Shown here: piece by piece, positions 47,429 to 60,232 of the stretch
Numbering within the stretch: position 1 is the stretch's first letter
Layout of the letters: every line of letters starts with the position of its first letter
Assembly (NCBI GenBank): GCA_902588635.1
Contig: CACIPW010000002.1
Coordinates: 28,306 to 92,305, forward strand
Source of the DNA: an uncultured Pelagibacteraceae bacterium
GTDB lineage: Bacteria > Pseudomonadota > Alphaproteobacteria > Pelagibacterales > Pelagibacteraceae
DNA: 64,000 bases
Direction of reading: 5' to 3'
Notes under the pieces: generated by a model
Databases searched by the model: none
What the model saw: only the letters and a program-made list of their open reading frames with translations
What the model was told of the DNA's origin: nothing
Position numbers and translations under genes: made by a program

Positions 47429-48838
47429 ATGAAAGTAACAATAGAAAGCAAAAAAGGCTTAAACAAAGATTTAAAAGTTTTTATTGATAAAAAAACTATT
47501 TCTACTTATTTAGAAGAAAAATATGAAGAAATTAAAAAAAATGTTGTCTTAAAAGGTTTTAGACCAGGAAAGGTTCCAAAAGAAGTTTTAAAAAGACAAT
47601 TTGGAAAAGCTGTTTATGGTGAAGTTTTAGATAAAGTTTTAAAAGATACAACTACTAAAGCTTTAGATGAAAACAAAATTAAACCTGCAGGACAGCCTAA
47701 AATAGATTTGAAAAGTTTTGGTGAAGGCAAGGATCTTGAGTACATTATTTCAGTAACAGAATTGCCAAAAGTTAATATCAAATCCATAGAAGATATTAAA
47801 TTCGATGAATATAAAGTAAATATTGACTCAGCTGAAACGGATAAAAGAATTAAAGAAATTGCGAAAAATCAAAAAAATTTTATTGAAGTAGATGCAGCCA
47901 AAGTAGCTAACGATGGTGATCTTGTAATATTTGATTACACCGCTACCGTCGATGGAAAAAAATTTAAAGGAAATGAAGGAAAAAACACTCAATTAGAAAT
48001 TGGAAAAGATTTATTCATTAAAGGTTTTGATAAACAGTTATTAAAATCAAAAAAAGATGAGATAATAAATGTCGAAGTATCTTTGCCAGAAAATTTTTCA
48101 GAAAAAGAACTAATCGGAAAAAAAGCAGTTTTTGTGTGTAAGATTATAGCAGTAAAAAAACCTAAAGAAGTTAAAGTAGATGATGAATTTGCAAAAAATT
48201 TAGGTGCTAAAGATTTAAATAATTTAAAAGAGCTAGTTTCAAAACAAATTAATGAAGAGTATAAAAATTCGTTAGAAAATTTTACAAAAAACGAAATATT
48301 AAAACAATTAGAAAAATTTAAAGTTGATCAAATACCAGAAAATTTAGTTGAGCAAGAAGTTAAAATTTTATCGCAAGGCATGAAAGAAGATGAGGCTAAA
48401 AAAAACAAATCTAAATTTGAAGAAACAGCAAAAAAAAGAATTAAACTTGGTTTGATTTTGAATGAATTTGGTGAACAAAATAAAATCAATGTTGAAGAAC
48501 AAGAAATTCAAGAAGAAATCCAAAAGCAGCTCAGAATGATGCCTGGACAAGAAAAAATTGTTATGGAATATTATCAAAAAAATCCTTCTGCTGCTGCCAG
48601 TTTAAGAGGAACAATTTATGAAGATAAAATACTAAAACTAATTAAATCTAAAGCAAAATCAAATGTCAAAAATATATCTAAAGAAGAGGCAGAAAGAATA
48701 CTTAAATCTGCCCATGCCCATGACCACGATCATGTCTATTCACATGAAGACAAAAAAGATAAAAAAAATTCAAACTTAAAAAAAGCGAAATCACCAAGTA
48801 AAAAAGCAAAAAAAGTAAAAAAAGTTAGCAAAAAGTAA
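47429..48838 (+). CDS. tig: Trigger factor
   Basis: GFRPGKVP ribosome-binding motif, FKBP domain, upstream of clpP. Confidence 0.96.
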   Translation: MKVTIESKKGLNKDLKVFIDKKTISTYLEEKYEEIKKNVVLKGFRPGKVPKEVLKRQFGKAVYGEVLDKVLKDTTTKALDENKIKPAGQPKIDLKSFGEGKDLEYIISVTELPKVNIKSIEDIKFDEYKVNIDSAETDKRIKEIAKNQKNFIEVDAAKVANDGDLVIFDYTATVDGKKFKGNEGKNTQLEIGKDLFIKGFDKQLLKSKKDEIINVEVSLPENFSEKELIGKKAVFVCKIIAVKKPKEVKVDDEFAKNLGAKDLNNLKELVSKQINEEYKNSLENFTKNEILKQLEKFKVDQIPENLVEQEVKILSQGMKEDEAKKNKSKFEETAKKRIKLGLILNEFGEQNKINVEEQEIQEEIQKQLRMMPGQEKIVMEYYQKNPSAAASLRGTIYEDKILKLIKSKAKSNVKNISKEEAERILKSAHAHDHDHVYSHEDKKDKKNSNLKKAKSPSKKAKKVKKVSKK

Positions 48839-48872
48839 TCACAAGTTGTATAAGTAGATCGCGAATCACTTT

Positions 48873-49484
48873 ATGACAACAAAAATATCAGAGCACATGA
48901 ATACCTTGATCCCTATGGTTGTTGAACAATCTAGCAAGGGAGAAAGAGCATATGACATATATTCTAGACTTCTAAAGGAAAGAATTATTTTTTTAGTTGG
49001 ACCAATAAATGACAATGTTGCTTCACTTGTTACAGCTCAAATGTTATTTTTGGAATCTGAAAATCCGAAAAAAGAAATATATTTTTATATTAATAGCCCA
49101 GGTGGTTTAGTTACAGCTGGTTTAGGAGTTTATGATACTATTCAATACATAAAACCCCCAGTGTCAACTTTGTGTATAGGTCAAGCTGCTTCAATGGGAT
49201 CATTCTTGTTAGCTGCTGGCGAAAAAGGAAAAAGATTTTCATTACCAAATTCAAGAATTATGGTTCATCAACCATCAGCAGGTTTTCAGGGACAAGCAAC
49301 AGACATTGAAATTCATGCAAATGAAGTTTTATCTTTAAAAAAAAGATTAAACGAAATTTATTCTAAACATACAGGTCAATCAGAAGATGATATAAAAAAA
49401 GCACTAGAAAGAGACAACTTTATGACTCCAGAGAGCGCAAAAGAATTTGGTCTAATTGACGAAGTAGTAGAAAAAAGAATTTAA
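48873..49484 (+). CDS. clpP: ATP-dependent Clp protease proteolytic subunit
   Basis: [26 protein letters not shown]. Confidence 0.98.
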   Translation: MTTKISEHMNTLIPMVVEQSSKGERAYDIYSRLLKERIIFLVGPINDNVASLVTAQMLFLESENPKKEIYFYINSPGGLVTAGLGVYDTIQYIKPPVSTLCIGQAASMGSFLLAAGEKGKRFSLPNSRIMVHQPSAGFQGQATDIEIHANEVLSLKKRLNEIYSKHTGQSEDDIKKALERDNFMTPESAKEFGLIDEVVEKRI

Positions 49485-49573
49485 TACACAATATATTGTT
49501 CTATCCACAACCCATGCTTGATTAGTATTACTCTTCTGTAATAAAGTGTTTAAATTGATTCGTTTTAAAAACT

Positions 49574-50842
49574 ATGACAACAAATAATAAAAATATTCTC
49601 TACTGCTCATTTTGCGGAAAAAGCCAACACGAGGTTAGAAAATTAATTGCAGGTCCAACAGTATTTATTTGCGATGAATGCGTTGAGCTTTGCATGGATA
49701 TTATTAAAGAAGAGAGCAAAGATACATTTGTTAAACATCAGGATGGATTACCATCACCAAAAGAGATTTGTGCAGTTTTAGATGATTATGTTATTGGACA
49801 ACAGCATTCCAAAAAAGTTTTATCAGTAGCTGTTCACAATCATTACAAAAGATTAAACTATGAAAATAAAACAAGCAAAACGGTTGAATTAGCTAAATCA
49901 AATATTTTATTAGTTGGACCAACAGGTTGTGGTAAAACTTTGTTAGCGCAAACTTTGGCAAGAATACTTGATGTGCCTTTTACAATGGCTGACGCAACTA
50001 CTTTAACTGAAGCTGGCTATGTAGGTGAGGATGTTGAAAATATTATTTTAAAATTATTACAAGCGGCAGATTATAATGTTGAAAAAGCCCAGAGAGGAAT
50101 AGTTTATATCGACGAAGTAGATAAAATTAGTAGAAAATCAGAGAATCCTTCAATTACAAGAGATGTTTCTGGTGAAGGTGTTCAACAAGCTTTATTAAAA
50201 ATTATGGAAGGTACAATTGCCAGTGTTCCTCCACAAGGTGGAAGAAAACATCCTCAACAAGAATTTTTACAAGTTGATACAACAAATATTTTATTTATCT
50301 GTGGTGGTGCATTTGCTGGCCTGGATAAGATAATTTTACAAAGAGACAAAGGAACCGCGATTGGTTTTGGTGCAAATGTTAAGTCTACTGATGATAAAAA
50401 AACAGGGGAGTGGATGAAAAATTTAGAACCAGAAGATCTATTAAAATATGGATTGATCCCAGAATTTATTGGAAGGTTACCAATTATAGCTACACTTGAA
50501 GATCTAGATGAAAAATCATTGATTAAAATTTTACTTGAACCTAAAAACTCTTTAATAAAACAGTATCAAGAGCTATTTAAATTAGAAGGTGCAAAACTTT
50601 CATTCAAAGATAACGCTGTTAAAGAGATTGCCATTAAAGCAATTAACAAAAAAACGGGAGCTAGAGGTTTAAGATCTATTTTAGAAAATATACTTCTTAA
50701 AACTATGTATGAATTGCCAAGTGACAACAATGTAGAAGAGGTAATAGTTGATTTAGGTGCCGCAAAAGGCCAAACACAGCCTATTACTGTTTATGCAAAA
50801 AATAACAACAAAAGCAAAACCGACAAGACATCTGCTGCGTAA
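49574..50842 (+). CDS. clpX: ATP-dependent Clp protease ATP-binding subunit
   Basis: CSFCGK zinc finger, [11 protein letters not shown] loop, GARGLR. Confidence 0.98.
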   Translation: MTTNNKNILYCSFCGKSQHEVRKLIAGPTVFICDECVELCMDIIKEESKDTFVKHQDGLPSPKEICAVLDDYVIGQQHSKKVLSVAVHNHYKRLNYENKTSKTVELAKSNILLVGPTGCGKTLLAQTLARILDVPFTMADATTLTEAGYVGEDVENIILKLLQAADYNVEKAQRGIVYIDEVDKISRKSENPSITRDVSGEGVQQALLKIMEGTIASVPPQGGRKHPQQEFLQVDTTNILFICGGAFAGLDKIILQRDKGTAIGFGANVKSTDDKKTGEWMKNLEPEDLLKYGLIPEFIGRLPIIATLEDLDEKSLIKILLEPKNSLIKQYQELFKLEGAKLSFKDNAVKEIAIKAINKKTGARGLRSILENILLKTMYELPSDNNVEEVIVDLGAAKGQTQPITVYAKNNNKSKTDKTSAA

Positions 50843-50869
50843 ATTTACGTTAATAAGCATCAATTATCT

Positions 50870-50897
50870 GTTGCAATATTGTTTTTAATATCCATAT
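50870..50897 (+). promoter_or_regulatory. Putative RpoH (sigma32)-type promoter for lon
   Basis: GTTGCAA-N15-CCATAT, similar to the alphaproteobacterial RpoH consensus, ending 7 nt before the ATG. Confidence 0.45.
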
Positions 50898-50904
50898 TAA
50901 TCTT

Positions 50905-53292
50905 ATGAATGTAAAAATAACATTGCCGTTGTTGCCTTTAAGAGACATCGTTGTATTTCCTAGTATGATAATACCATTATTTGTTGGAAGAGATAAATCT
51001 ATTTCAGCACTAAACGAAGTTATGAAAAAAGATAAAAAAATTGTGCTTGTTACTCAAAAAAATTCTGAAGTAGACGATCCAAAGAGCACAGATATATTTA
51101 TGTATGGGTGTGAAGGAAATATATTACAACTTCTTAAATTACCTGATGGAACTGTTAAGGTATTAGTTGAAGGATATAAAAGAGTTAAAATTCTTGACTA
51201 TAAAGATAATGAAAAGTTTATCACCTGCGATTTTTCATACCAAAATGATGAAATAGTAAATAATGAAGATTTGATGCCTCTAGCATTAACAGCTGTAAGA
51301 CGACTTGAAAAATTAACATCAGTAAATAAAAAAATTTCTAACGAAACTATTCAAAATATTAAAATATTAAAAGATGCATCTAAGATTGCAGACAATATTG
51401 GTTCACACTTAAATACATCAATATCTGAAAAGCAACAAATTTTTGAAACTTTTGATGTTAAGAAAAGACTTAATGCAATTATTAAAATTATGGAAAACGA
51501 AACCAGCATAATTGGTGTTGAAAAAAGAATTAGAGGAAGAGTTAAGACTCAAATGGAAAAAACTCAAAGAGAATACTACTTAAACGAACAATTAAAAGCT
51601 ATCCAAAAAGAACTGGGTGAAATTGAAGATGGAAAAGACGAAACTTCTAATTTAAATAAAGCTATATTAAAAGCAAAAATGCCTAAAGATGTTCAGAAAA
51701 AATGTATGAGTGAACTTAAAAAATTAAAAAATATGAGTCCTATGTCAGCAGAAGCAACAGTTGTAAGAAATTATCTTGACTGGATGATAGATATACCGTG
51801 GTTCAAAAAAGATAAAATTGATATTAACCTGAACAAAGCAGCCAAAACACTTGACGAAGATCATTTCGGTTTAGAAAAAGTTAAAGAAAGAATCATTGAA
51901 TTTTTAGCTGTTCAAAAAAGAATGGAAAAAATAAAAGGCCCAATTTTATGTTTAGTTGGCCCCCCCGGTGTAGGAAAAACTTCTCTTGGTAAATCTATTG
52001 CAAGAGCAGTAAATAGACAATTTGTAAGAATGTCTTTGGGCGGAGTAAGAGATGAAGCAGAAATTAGAGGACACAGAAGAACCTATATTGGTTCTTTACC
52101 TGGAAAAATAATTCATATGATGAAAAAAGCAGGCACTAAAAATCCTTTAATATTACTTGATGAAATAGATAAAGTTGGAAATGACTATAGAGGAGACCCT
52201 TCATCAGCGTTGTTAGAAGCTTTAGATCCCGAGCAAAATGCAACATTTAACGATCATTATTTAGAAGTTGATTATGATTTATCGGATGTAATGTTTGTTA
52301 CAACGGCGAATACTTTAAATATTTTACCACCACTTTTAGATAGAATGGAAGTTATTAGACTTCCTGGATACACAGAAGATGAAAAAATTAATATAGCTGA
52401 CAAATTTTTATTACCAAAACAAATTAAAAATAACGGTGTTAAAGATGGAGAGTTTGAGATGTTAGATGGCACTATTAAAGAAATAATCAGAAACTACACA
52501 AGGGAATCAGGTGTAAGGAATTTAGAGAGAGAAATTTCAAAAGTGTTAAGGAAAGCCGTAAAAAAAGTAGTTAACAATGAAGAAAAAAAGGTTTCTATAA
52601 ATGATAAAAATCTTTCAGAGTTTTTAGGTGTTAAAAAATTTAAATATGGAGAGTTAGAAATCGAAGATAAAATTGGAATAGTTACAGGACTAGCGTGGAC
52701 TGAATTTGGCGGTGAAATACTAAAAATAGAAACTGTTCATATGCCAGGTAAAGGCCGAATGCAAATTACTGGAAAATTAGGTGATGTTATGCAGGAATCT
52801 GTTAAGGCAGCAAAATCTTTTGTTAGGTCAAAAAGTCTAGAATATGGGATTATACCGCCAACATTTGAAAAGAAAGACTTCCATATACATGTTCCAGAAG
52901 GAGCAACTCCAAAAGACGGACCTTCAGCTGGAGTTGCTATGGTTACCTCAATTGTGTCTTCAATAACAAAAAACCCTGTGCTTAGAAAAATTGCAATGAC
53001 AGGTGAAGTTACAATCACAGGACAAGTGCTTCAAATCGGTGGACTTAAAGAAAAATTGTTAGCCGCACATAGAGCTGGGATTCAACATGTAATAATACCA
53101 AAAGAGAATGAAAAGGATTTAGTTGATATTCCAAAAAAAGTTAAAGAAGATATAAAAATTACACCTGTTGAAACAGTTGATGAAGTTTTAAAAATTGCTC
53201 TTAAAAATGAATTAAAAAGAGTTGAGTGGACTGAAGTTGATAACCTTTCAAAAACAAAAAAAGAAGATAAATCACAAGCTAGTATTCAATAA
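50905..53292 (+). CDS. lon: Lon protease
   Basis: LPLRD, GPPGVGKT, PKDGPSAG, IGGLKEK. Confidence 0.98.
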   Translation: MNVKITLPLLPLRDIVVFPSMIIPLFVGRDKSISALNEVMKKDKKIVLVTQKNSEVDDPKSTDIFMYGCEGNILQLLKLPDGTVKVLVEGYKRVKILDYKDNEKFITCDFSYQNDEIVNNEDLMPLALTAVRRLEKLTSVNKKISNETIQNIKILKDASKIADNIGSHLNTSISEKQQIFETFDVKKRLNAIIKIMENETSIIGVEKRIRGRVKTQMEKTQREYYLNEQLKAIQKELGEIEDGKDETSNLNKAILKAKMPKDVQKKCMSELKKLKNMSPMSAEATVVRNYLDWMIDIPWFKKDKIDINLNKAAKTLDEDHFGLEKVKERIIEFLAVQKRMEKIKGPILCLVGPPGVGKTSLGKSIARAVNRQFVRMSLGGVRDEAEIRGHRRTYIGSLPGKIIHMMKKAGTKNPLILLDEIDKVGNDYRGDPSSALLEALDPEQNATFNDHYLEVDYDLSDVMFVTTANTLNILPPLLDRMEVIRLPGYTEDEKINIADKFLLPKQIKNNGVKDGEFEMLDGTIKEIIRNYTRESGVRNLEREISKVLRKAVKKVVNNEEKKVSINDKNLSEFLGVKKFKYGELEIEDKIGIVTGLAWTEFGGEILKIETVHMPGKGRMQITGKLGDVMQESVKAAKSFVRSKSLEYGIIPPTFEKKDFHIHVPEGATPKDGPSAGVAMVTSIVSSITKNPVLRKIAMTGEVTITGQVLQIGGLKEKLLAAHRAGIQHVIIPKENEKDLVDIPKKVKEDIKITPVETVDEVLKIALKNELKRVEWTEVDNLSKTKKEDKSQASIQ

Positions 53293-53341
53293 TTAATAAT
53301 TTACATTATTCAATCCTTGATGTAATAGTAGCCCTTGTTTA

Positions 53342-53417
53342 GGGCGGTTAGCTCAGTTGGTAGAGCATCTCGTTTACACCGAGGGGGTCAAAGGTTCGAG
53401 TCCTTTACTGCCCACCA
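53342..53417 (+). tRNA. tRNA-Val(TAC)
   Basis: Cloverleaf with anticodon loop TTTACAC, GGTTCGAGTCC, CCA. Confidence 0.97.
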
Positions 53418-53423
53418 AAACAC

Positions 53424-53500
53424 GGGGGTGTAGCTCAGTTGGTTAGAGCGATCGCCTGTCACGCGATAGGTCGCGGGTTCGAGTCCCGTCACTCCCGCCA
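53424..53500 (+). tRNA. tRNA-Asp(GTC)
   Basis: Cloverleaf with anticodon loop CTGTCAC, GGTTCGAGTCC, GCCA end. Confidence 0.97.
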
Positions 53501-53586
53501 TTACTCGTTTTATACCTAATTTATTGTTTAAAAAATGCAACCTTAACGCACTTATTTTAATAAAAAAAGCTGCTATATAGATATTA

Positions 53587-53955
53587 ATGATTTCAGAATT
53601 TTTAAAAGATTATTTGTCTATAATAATTTTTTTCTTTATAGCCTTAGGTTTAAGCGTAAGCTTTATTGTATTAAATTTTGTTTTTTCACCAAAAAATCCT
53701 GACCCAGAAAAACTGTCCGCTTACGAATGCGGATTTGAAGCTTTTGATGACTCTAGATTTGAATTTGATGTAAGGTTTTATTTGGTAGCTATTTTATTCA
53801 TTATATTTGATTTAGAAATAGCTTTTTTATTTCCATGGGCAATTTCTTTAGGAAGTATTGGCATATTAGGGTTTTGTTCAATGATGATATTTTTATTTAT
53901 TCTTACTGTAGGCTTTATTTATGAGTGGAAAAAGGGTGCATTAGACTGGGAATAA
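53587..53955 (+). CDS. nuoA: NADH-quinone oxidoreductase subunit A
   Basis: [27 protein letters not shown]. Confidence 0.97.
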   Translation: MISEFLKDYLSIIIFFFIALGLSVSFIVLNFVFSPKNPDPEKLSAYECGFEAFDDSRFEFDVRFYLVAILFIIFDLEIAFLFPWAISLGSIGILGFCSMMIFLFILTVGFIYEWKKGALDWE

Positions 53956-53970
53956 AAAATAAAATTAATT

Positions 53971-54492
53971 ATGAATTCTGAAGATAAATTAAAAAAAATT
54001 CCAGAGGAATTTAGACAATTAGCTAAAGATTTTAGCGACAAAGGTTTTATTACCACTTCATTAGACAATCTTATTAATTGGTCAAGATCTGGGTCTTTAC
54101 ATTGGATGACATTTGGTCTTGCTTGTTGTGCTGTAGAAATGATGCATACATCGATGCCCAGATATGATCTAGAAAGATTTGGAGCTGCACCCAGAGCTTC
54201 TCCAAGACAGTCTGATGTTATGATTGTAGCAGGCACTCTCACTAATAAAATGGCTCCTGCTTTAAGAAAAGTTTATGATCAAATGCCTGAACCAAGATAC
54301 GTTATTTCGATGGGTAGCTGTGCAAACGGAGGAGGTTATTATCATTATTCATATTCAGTAGTTAGAGGGTGTGATAGAATTGTTCCTGTTGATATATATG
54401 TTCCTGGATGTCCACCTTCTGCTGAAGCTTTGTTGTATGGAGTTCTACAGTTACAAAAAAAAATAAGAAACCAAGGTTCTTTAGAAAGATAA
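53971..54492 (+). CDS. nuoB: NADH-quinone oxidoreductase subunit B
   Basis: [20 protein letters not shown]. Confidence 0.98.
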   Translation: MNSEDKLKKIPEEFRQLAKDFSDKGFITTSLDNLINWSRSGSLHWMTFGLACCAVEMMHTSMPRYDLERFGAAPRASPRQSDVMIVAGTLTNKMAPALRKVYDQMPEPRYVISMGSCANGGGYYHYSYSVVRGCDRIVPVDIYVPGCPPSAEALLYGVLQLQKKIRNQGSLER

Positions 54493-54498
54493 CACTAC

Positions 54499-55092
54499 AT
54501 GAAAGATCTAACTGCTTTAGAAAAAAAAATTAATTCTGAACTTACAACAAAGATTAATGATTCAAAAGTTTCTCATAATCAAATATATTTAAAAATAGAC
54601 CACGAAGATTTATTAGATGTTGTAACTTTCCTAAAAACTAACAATGATACAAAATTTAAACAATTAACTGATATTACTGCTGTTGATTATCCAGAAAAAT
54701 CAAAAAGGTTTAAAATGGTATATTTATTTTTAAGTCATCAATTTAATCAAAGAATTATTCTTAGTTTTTTTATAAATGAAAATGAGCTTGTATCATCATT
54801 AATTAAAATTTTTCCCTCAGCAAATTGGATGGAAAGAGAGGTTTTTGACATGTATGGTATTAAGTTTAAAGACCATCCTGATCTTAGAAGAATATTAACC
54901 GATTATAATTTTGAAGGCTTTCCTTTAAGAAAAGATTTTCCTTTAACGGGAAATAAAGAAGTTAGATATAGCGAGGAAGAAAAAAAAGTAATTTATGAAT
55001 CAGTAAAACTTGAACAAAATTATAGAAATTTCGACTATGAAAGCCCTTGGGAAGGAACCAAATATATTAAAGAGCAAACAAAAAAAGATTAA
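54499..55092 (+). CDS. nuoC: NADH-quinone oxidoreductase subunit C
   Basis: [24 protein letters not shown]. Confidence 0.97.
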   Translation: MKDLTALEKKINSELTTKINDSKVSHNQIYLKIDHEDLLDVVTFLKTNNDTKFKQLTDITAVDYPEKSKRFKMVYLFLSHQFNQRIILSFFINENELVSSLIKIFPSANWMEREVFDMYGIKFKDHPDLRRILTDYNFEGFPLRKDFPLTGNKEVRYSEEEKKVIYESVKLEQNYRNFDYESPWEGTKYIKEQTKKD

Positions 55093-56267
55093 TGAAAAAA
55101 AAACCTAAAACTTTAAATCTAAATTTTGGCCCCCAGCACCCAGCTGCACATGGTGTTTTGAGGTTAATTCTTGAACTTGATGGAGAAGTTGTTGAAAAAG
55201 TTGATCCACATATAGGTTTACTTCATAGAGGGACTGAAAAATTAATTGAAAACAAAACTTATATGCAAGCAGTTCCATACTTTGACAGACTAGATTATGT
55301 AGCACCAATGAATCAAGAACACGCTTTTGCTCTTGCCATTGAGAAGATATTAAATATTGAAGTACCAATTCGTGCTCAATATATAAGAGTTATTTTTTGC
55401 GAAATTGGAAGAATTCTAAGTCATATTTTAAATATAACAACACAGGCATTGGATGTCGGCGCTTTAACTCCATCTCTATGGGGCTTTGAAGAAAGAGAAA
55501 CTTTAATGACATTTTATGAACGTGTATCAGGATCTAGATTGCATGCTAATTATTTCAGAGCAGGTGGTGTTCATCAAGATTTACCTGGAAATTTAGATAA
55601 AGATATTGCAAAATTTTGCAATCATTTTCCAAAAGTTATAGATGACCTCGAGACATTGCTTACAGACAATAGAATTTTTAAACAAAGAAATGTAGATATT
55701 GGAATAGTTAGCAAAGAAGATGCGCTTGATTATTCTTTTTCAGGAGTCATGCTTAGAGGCTCGGGGATACCTTGGGATTTAAGGAAATCACAACCTTATG
55801 AATGCTACAATCAATTGGAATTTAAAATTCCAGTAGGAAAAAATGGAGATTGTTACGATAGATATATCTGCAGAATTGAAGAAATGAGAGAAAGTGTCAA
55901 AATTATTAACCAGTGTTTATCACGAATGCCAAAAGGTCCAATAAAATCTCCAGACGGAAAAATTACACCGCCACCAAAAAAAGAAATTAAAGAATCAATG
56001 GAGGCTTTAATTCACCATTTTAAACTATTTACTGAAGGTTATAGAGTTGATAAAGATGAAATTTACACTTCGGTTGAAGCTCCAAAGGGAGAATTTGGAG
56101 TTTATTTAATTTCTGATGGATCCAATAAACCTTATAAATGCAAAATTAGAGCGCCTGGTTTTTCTCATTTACAAGCAATGGATTATTTAATTAAAGGACA
56201 TATGTTAGCTGATGTGCCTGCTGTATTAGGATCTTTAGATATTGTTTTTGGAGAAATCGACAGATGA
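55092..56267 (+). CDS. nuoD: NADH-quinone oxidoreductase subunit D
   Basis: [35 protein letters not shown]. Confidence 0.98.
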   Translation: MKKKPKTLNLNFGPQHPAAHGVLRLILELDGEVVEKVDPHIGLLHRGTEKLIENKTYMQAVPYFDRLDYVAPMNQEHAFALAIEKILNIEVPIRAQYIRVIFCEIGRILSHILNITTQALDVGALTPSLWGFEERETLMTFYERVSGSRLHANYFRAGGVHQDLPGNLDKDIAKFCNHFPKVIDDLETLLTDNRIFKQRNVDIGIVSKEDALDYSFSGVMLRGSGIPWDLRKSQPYECYNQLEFKIPVGKNGDCYDRYICRIEEMRESVKIINQCLSRMPKGPIKSPDGKITPPPKKEIKESMEALIHHFKLFTEGYRVDKDEIYTSVEAPKGEFGVYLISDGSNKPYKCKIRAPGFSHLQAMDYLIKGHMLADVPAVLGSLDIVFGEIDR

Positions 56268-56872
56268 GTATAAAAAAAATTTGTAAGGAACAACCAGAGC
56301 GCTTTGAGTTCGATGTAAAAAACTTAGAAAAAGCAAAAAAAATTATCACTAATTATCCTGAAGGAAAGCAACAAAGTGCAGTAATGGCATTGCTTTATTT
56401 AGCACAGAGCCAAAATGAAAATTGGATACCTTTAGCAGCAATGAAATATATAGGAAAATTTTTAAACATCCCTTACATAAAAGTTTATGAAGTAGCTACA
56501 TTTTACACAATGTATAATTTATTACCTGTTGGAAAAAATTTTATTCAGGTATGTACCACAACGCCTTGCATGATTAGAGGTGCGCAGAAAATAGTAGATG
56601 CTTGTAAAGAAAAAATATCAAATAATGAAAATGAATTATCAGAGAATAAAAATTGCTCGTGGGTTGAAGTTGAATGTTTGGGAGCTTGTGTTAATGGCCC
56701 AATGATGCAAATTAACAATGATTATTTTGAAGATTTAGATAAAGAAAAAACTTTAAAGATTTTAGATCAAATTTTAAAAGGCGGTTCACCTAAGCCAGGA
56801 TCTTATAGAGGAAGAGTAAATAGTGAACCAGAAAACAACAGAAAAACTTTATTGGATACAAGAAATGCTTAG
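56264..56872 (+). CDS. nuoE: NADH-quinone oxidoreductase subunit E
   Basis: VATFY, CTTTPC, ECLGAC. Confidence 0.97.
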   Translation: MSIKKICKEQPERFEFDVKNLEKAKKIITNYPEGKQQSAVMALLYLAQSQNENWIPLAAMKYIGKFLNIPYIKVYEVATFYTMYNLLPVGKNFIQVCTTTPCMIRGAQKIVDACKEKISNNENELSENKNCSWVEVECLGACVNGPMMQINNDYFEDLDKEKTLKILDQILKGGSPKPGSYRGRVNSEPENNRKTLLDTRNA

Positions 56873-58196
56873 AGACGAAGACAGAATATTTAAAAATTTA
56901 TATAACGACATAGGTTCTGATTTAAATTCAGCAAAAAAAAGAGGTGACTGGAGCAATACTAAAGAATTGTGTGACAAAGGTAGAGAGTGGATTATCAGTG
57001 AAATTAAATCATCTGAACTCAGAGGAAGGGGTGGGGCAGGATTTCCTACAGGTTTGAAGTGGTCATTTGCACCAAAAGAAGTTGGATCAAGACCTCATTA
57101 TCTTGTTATAAATGCAGATGAGTCCGAGCCTGGAACATGTAAGGATAGAGATATATTAAGATTTGAACCCCATAAGTTAATAGAAGGTTGTCTAATTTCT
57201 TCTTACGCAGTGAATGCTCATAAATGTTATATTTATATAAGAGGAGAATATTTTAACGAGGGGCAAAAATTACAAAAGGCTATTGATGAAGCTTATAAAA
57301 GTAATTTTTTAGGAAAAGATGCATGTGGAACTGGTTGGGATTTAGATATTTATATCCATTACGGAGCAGGTGCTTATATTTGTGGCGAAGAAACTGCTTT
57401 ACTTGAAAGTCTAGAAGGTAAAAAAGGCCAGCCGAGGTTAAAACCACCTTTTCCTGCTCTTATTGGATTGTACGGTTGTCCAACAATTATAAATAACGTT
57501 GAAACGATTGCTGTAGTACCATCAATATTAAGAAGAGGAGCAAAATGGTTTGCGTCTTTAGGAAAACCTAAAAATACAGGAACAAAAATTTATTGTATTT
57601 CAGGAAATGTAAATAGCCCTTGCAACGTAGAAGAAGAAATGGGAATTCCCTTAAAAGATTTAATAGAAACTCATGCAGGAGGAGTAATTGGTGGGTGGGA
57701 AAATTTAAAAGCTGTAATACCAGGTGGCTCATCAATGCCACTGCTTCCAAAAAGAATTTGCGATACAATTAAAATGGATTTTGATTCCTTAATTGCAGAA
57801 AAAAGCGGTTTAGGCACAGCAGGAATTGTAGTTATCAATAATGATCAAGATATTATTAAATGTATGGCTAGAATAGCAAGATTTTATAAACACGAAAGTT
57901 GCGGTCAATGCACGCCATGTAGAGAAGGTTCTGGTTGGATGTGGAGAATGTTAGAAAGAATGGCAATAGGCGAAGCATCGAGAGATGAAGTAAATATGTT
58001 AATGGATGTAACAAAACAAATTGAAGGTCATACTATTTGTGCATTCGGTGAAGGATCGGCATGGCCAGTACAAGGACTTTTAAGACATTTTAAAAAAGAA
58101 GTAGAAAAAAGAAATAATTTTAATCCTTTAATAAATACGAAAAAAAAAATTCCTTATTTAATAGACCAACATTTATTAGAAAAGAAAAATGCTTAA
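56865..58196 (+). CDS. nuoF: NADH-quinone oxidoreductase subunit F
   Basis: Start MLRDEDRIF at 56865; [29 protein letters not shown]. Confidence 0.97.
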   Translation: MLRDEDRIFKNLYNDIGSDLNSAKKRGDWSNTKELCDKGREWIISEIKSSELRGRGGAGFPTGLKWSFAPKEVGSRPHYLVINADESEPGTCKDRDILRFEPHKLIEGCLISSYAVNAHKCYIYIRGEYFNEGQKLQKAIDEAYKSNFLGKDACGTGWDLDIYIHYGAGAYICGEETALLESLEGKKGQPRLKPPFPALIGLYGCPTIINNVETIAVVPSILRRGAKWFASLGKPKNTGTKIYCISGNVNSPCNVEEEMGIPLKDLIETHAGGVIGGWENLKAVIPGGSSMPLLPKRICDTIKMDFDSLIAEKSGLGTAGIVVINNDQDIIKCMARIARFYKHESCGQCTPCREGSGWMWRMLERMAIGEASRDEVNMLMDVTKQIEGHTICAFGEGSAWPVQGLLRHFKKEVEKRNNFNPLINTKKKIPYLIDQHLLEKKNA

Positions 58197-60231
58197 ATTA
58201 AAAGTAAATAACAAAGATATTGAAATAGAGGAAGGCTTAACTGTATTACAAGCTTGTGAAAAAGCTGGAGTGGAAATTCCAAGGTTTTGTTATCATGAGA
58301 AGCTATCAATAGCAGGAAATTGCAGAATGTGTTTAGTTGAAATTGAAAAATCACCTAAACCAGTTGCCTCGTGTGCAATGCCAGCTGCTGAAGGAATGAA
58401 TATAAAAACAAATACAAATTTTGTTGAAAAATCAAGAAAAGGAGTGATGGAATTTTTATTAGCAAATCATCCCTTAGACTGCCCTGTATGTGATCAAGGT
58501 GGTGAATGCGATTTACAAGACCAGTCATTATTTTATGGGGTAGATAAATCTAGATACAAAGAAAATAAAAGGGCAGTTCCAGAAAAAAATATGGGACCAT
58601 TAATAAAAACTCAGATGACAAGATGTATACACTGTACAAGATGTATTAGATTTGCAACAGAGATAGCAGGTGTGCCAGAATTGGGAGCCATAGGCAGAGG
58701 GGAAGATATGCAAATTACAACTTATTTAGAAAAATCTATGGTGTCTGAGTTATCTGCTAATGTTGTAGATCTATGTCCTGTAGGAGCCTTAACTTCAAAA
58801 CCATACGTTTTTGAGGCTAGACCTTGGGAACTCAAAAAAACAGAATCAATCGATGTAATGGATGCAATTGGGTCAAATATAAGAGTTGATACATATGGGT
58901 GGGAGGTAAAAAGGATTTTACCAAGAATTAATGAAGATATTAATGAAGAATGGATATCCGACAAGACAAGACATGCATGTGATGGATTGTTGAACCAAAG
59001 ACTTGATACGCCATTTATAAAATATAATAAGAAATTTGACAAAGCTTCATGGAAAGAAGTTAACAATATTATTAAGGGCAAAGTTCAAGAAACAAGTAGC
59101 GACAAAATATGTGGTTTAACTGGTGATTTAACCAATATGGAAACACTGTTTATATTTAAAGAATTTTTCAATAAATGTTTGAATTCAAAAAATTTAGAGT
59201 CGAGAAATGACCATGTTTACATAAATCCAGAAAAAAGAGAAAATTATTTATTTAACTCTAATATTAATGGCATTGAGGAAAGTGATTTTATTTTTATTAT
59301 TGGATCAAATCCTAGATATGAGGCAACTATATTAAATGCGCGTATTAGAAAAGCTTACCTAAACAACAAGACAAAAATAGTTTCATTAAACAATGTAGGT
59401 GATTTAACTTACCCTTATGATTTTTTAAAAGGAAAAACAGAAGATATAAAAGAAATTATTGAAGATAAACACCCTTTATCAAATATTATTAAGGAATCAA
59501 AAAAACCTTTAATTATGTTGGGTCAGTCCGTTTTGGCATCTAATTCTGGAAAATACATATTTGAGTCCATTAAATATTTTTTAAAAAAGAACGGCAAGAT
59601 AAATAATGAATGGAATTCTTTAAACATTATTTCAGAAAATGCGTCTACTGTGGGGAGTCTTGATTTAGGAATTTTTCAAACAAATGATGGTTCAAACGAA
59701 GTATTGTCTAATTTAGAAAACCATAAATATGAATTAGTTTTTTTATTAGGTCGAGACAACTTAGGCTTTAAGAAAAAAAACGAATTTATAATTTATCAAG
59801 GAAGTCATGGAGACAAAGGAGCTGAAATTGCTGATATAATTTTACCAGGGTCAGCATACACAGAACAAGATGGTTATTTTACTAACTTGGAAGGAAAACT
59901 ACAAAAAGCTTACAAAGCTTCATATCCTCCAGGTGACGCAAAAGAAGATTGGAAGATAATAAATGATTTAGCTGAAGTTATTAATAATAAAAAACTATTT
60001 AAAAACAAAGAAGAATTAGAAAGCAGTCTGCTTAACAATTTAAATTTAATGTGTGAAAAAAATATTTCAAAAGAAAGTACAGATCTAAAAGATTTAATTT
60101 TTAAAAATGAAGAAATTAAAATTAATAATATTGATTATTATTACTCAAACTCAATAGCAAGAGCATCAAAAACAATGTTCAAATGTAGAAATGAAAAAGT
60201 TAAATTAGAAGCCACAGGAACAGAAGACTGA
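58189..60231 (+). CDS. nuoG: NADH-quinone oxidoreductase subunit G
   Basis: [33 protein letters not shown]. Confidence 0.97.
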   Translation: MLKLKVNNKDIEIEEGLTVLQACEKAGVEIPRFCYHEKLSIAGNCRMCLVEIEKSPKPVASCAMPAAEGMNIKTNTNFVEKSRKGVMEFLLANHPLDCPVCDQGGECDLQDQSLFYGVDKSRYKENKRAVPEKNMGPLIKTQMTRCIHCTRCIRFATEIAGVPELGAIGRGEDMQITTYLEKSMVSELSANVVDLCPVGALTSKPYVFEARPWELKKTESIDVMDAIGSNIRVDTYGWEVKRILPRINEDINEEWISDKTRHACDGLLNQRLDTPFIKYNKKFDKASWKEVNNIIKGKVQETSSDKICGLTGDLTNMETLFIFKEFFNKCLNSKNLESRNDHVYINPEKRENYLFNSNINGIEESDFIFIIGSNPRYEATILNARIRKAYLNNKTKIVSLNNVGDLTYPYDFLKGKTEDIKEIIEDKHPLSNIIKESKKPLIMLGQSVLASNSGKYIFESIKYFLKKNGKINNEWNSLNIISENASTVGSLDLGIFQTNDGSNEVLSNLENHKYELVFLLGRDNLGFKKKNEFIIYQGSHGDKGAEIADIILPGSAYTEQDGYFTNLEGKLQKAYKASYPPGDAKEDWKIINDLAEVINNKKLFKNKEELESSLLNNLNLMCEKNISKESTDLKDLIFKNEEIKINNIDYYYSNSIARASKTMFKCRNEKVKLEATGTED

Positions 60232-60232
60232 A

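Noticed and set aside
47328-53500. tRNAs as integration sites for an island or prophage
   Set aside because: No integrase or duplicated tRNA 3' end was seen, and core genes follow each tRNA directly.
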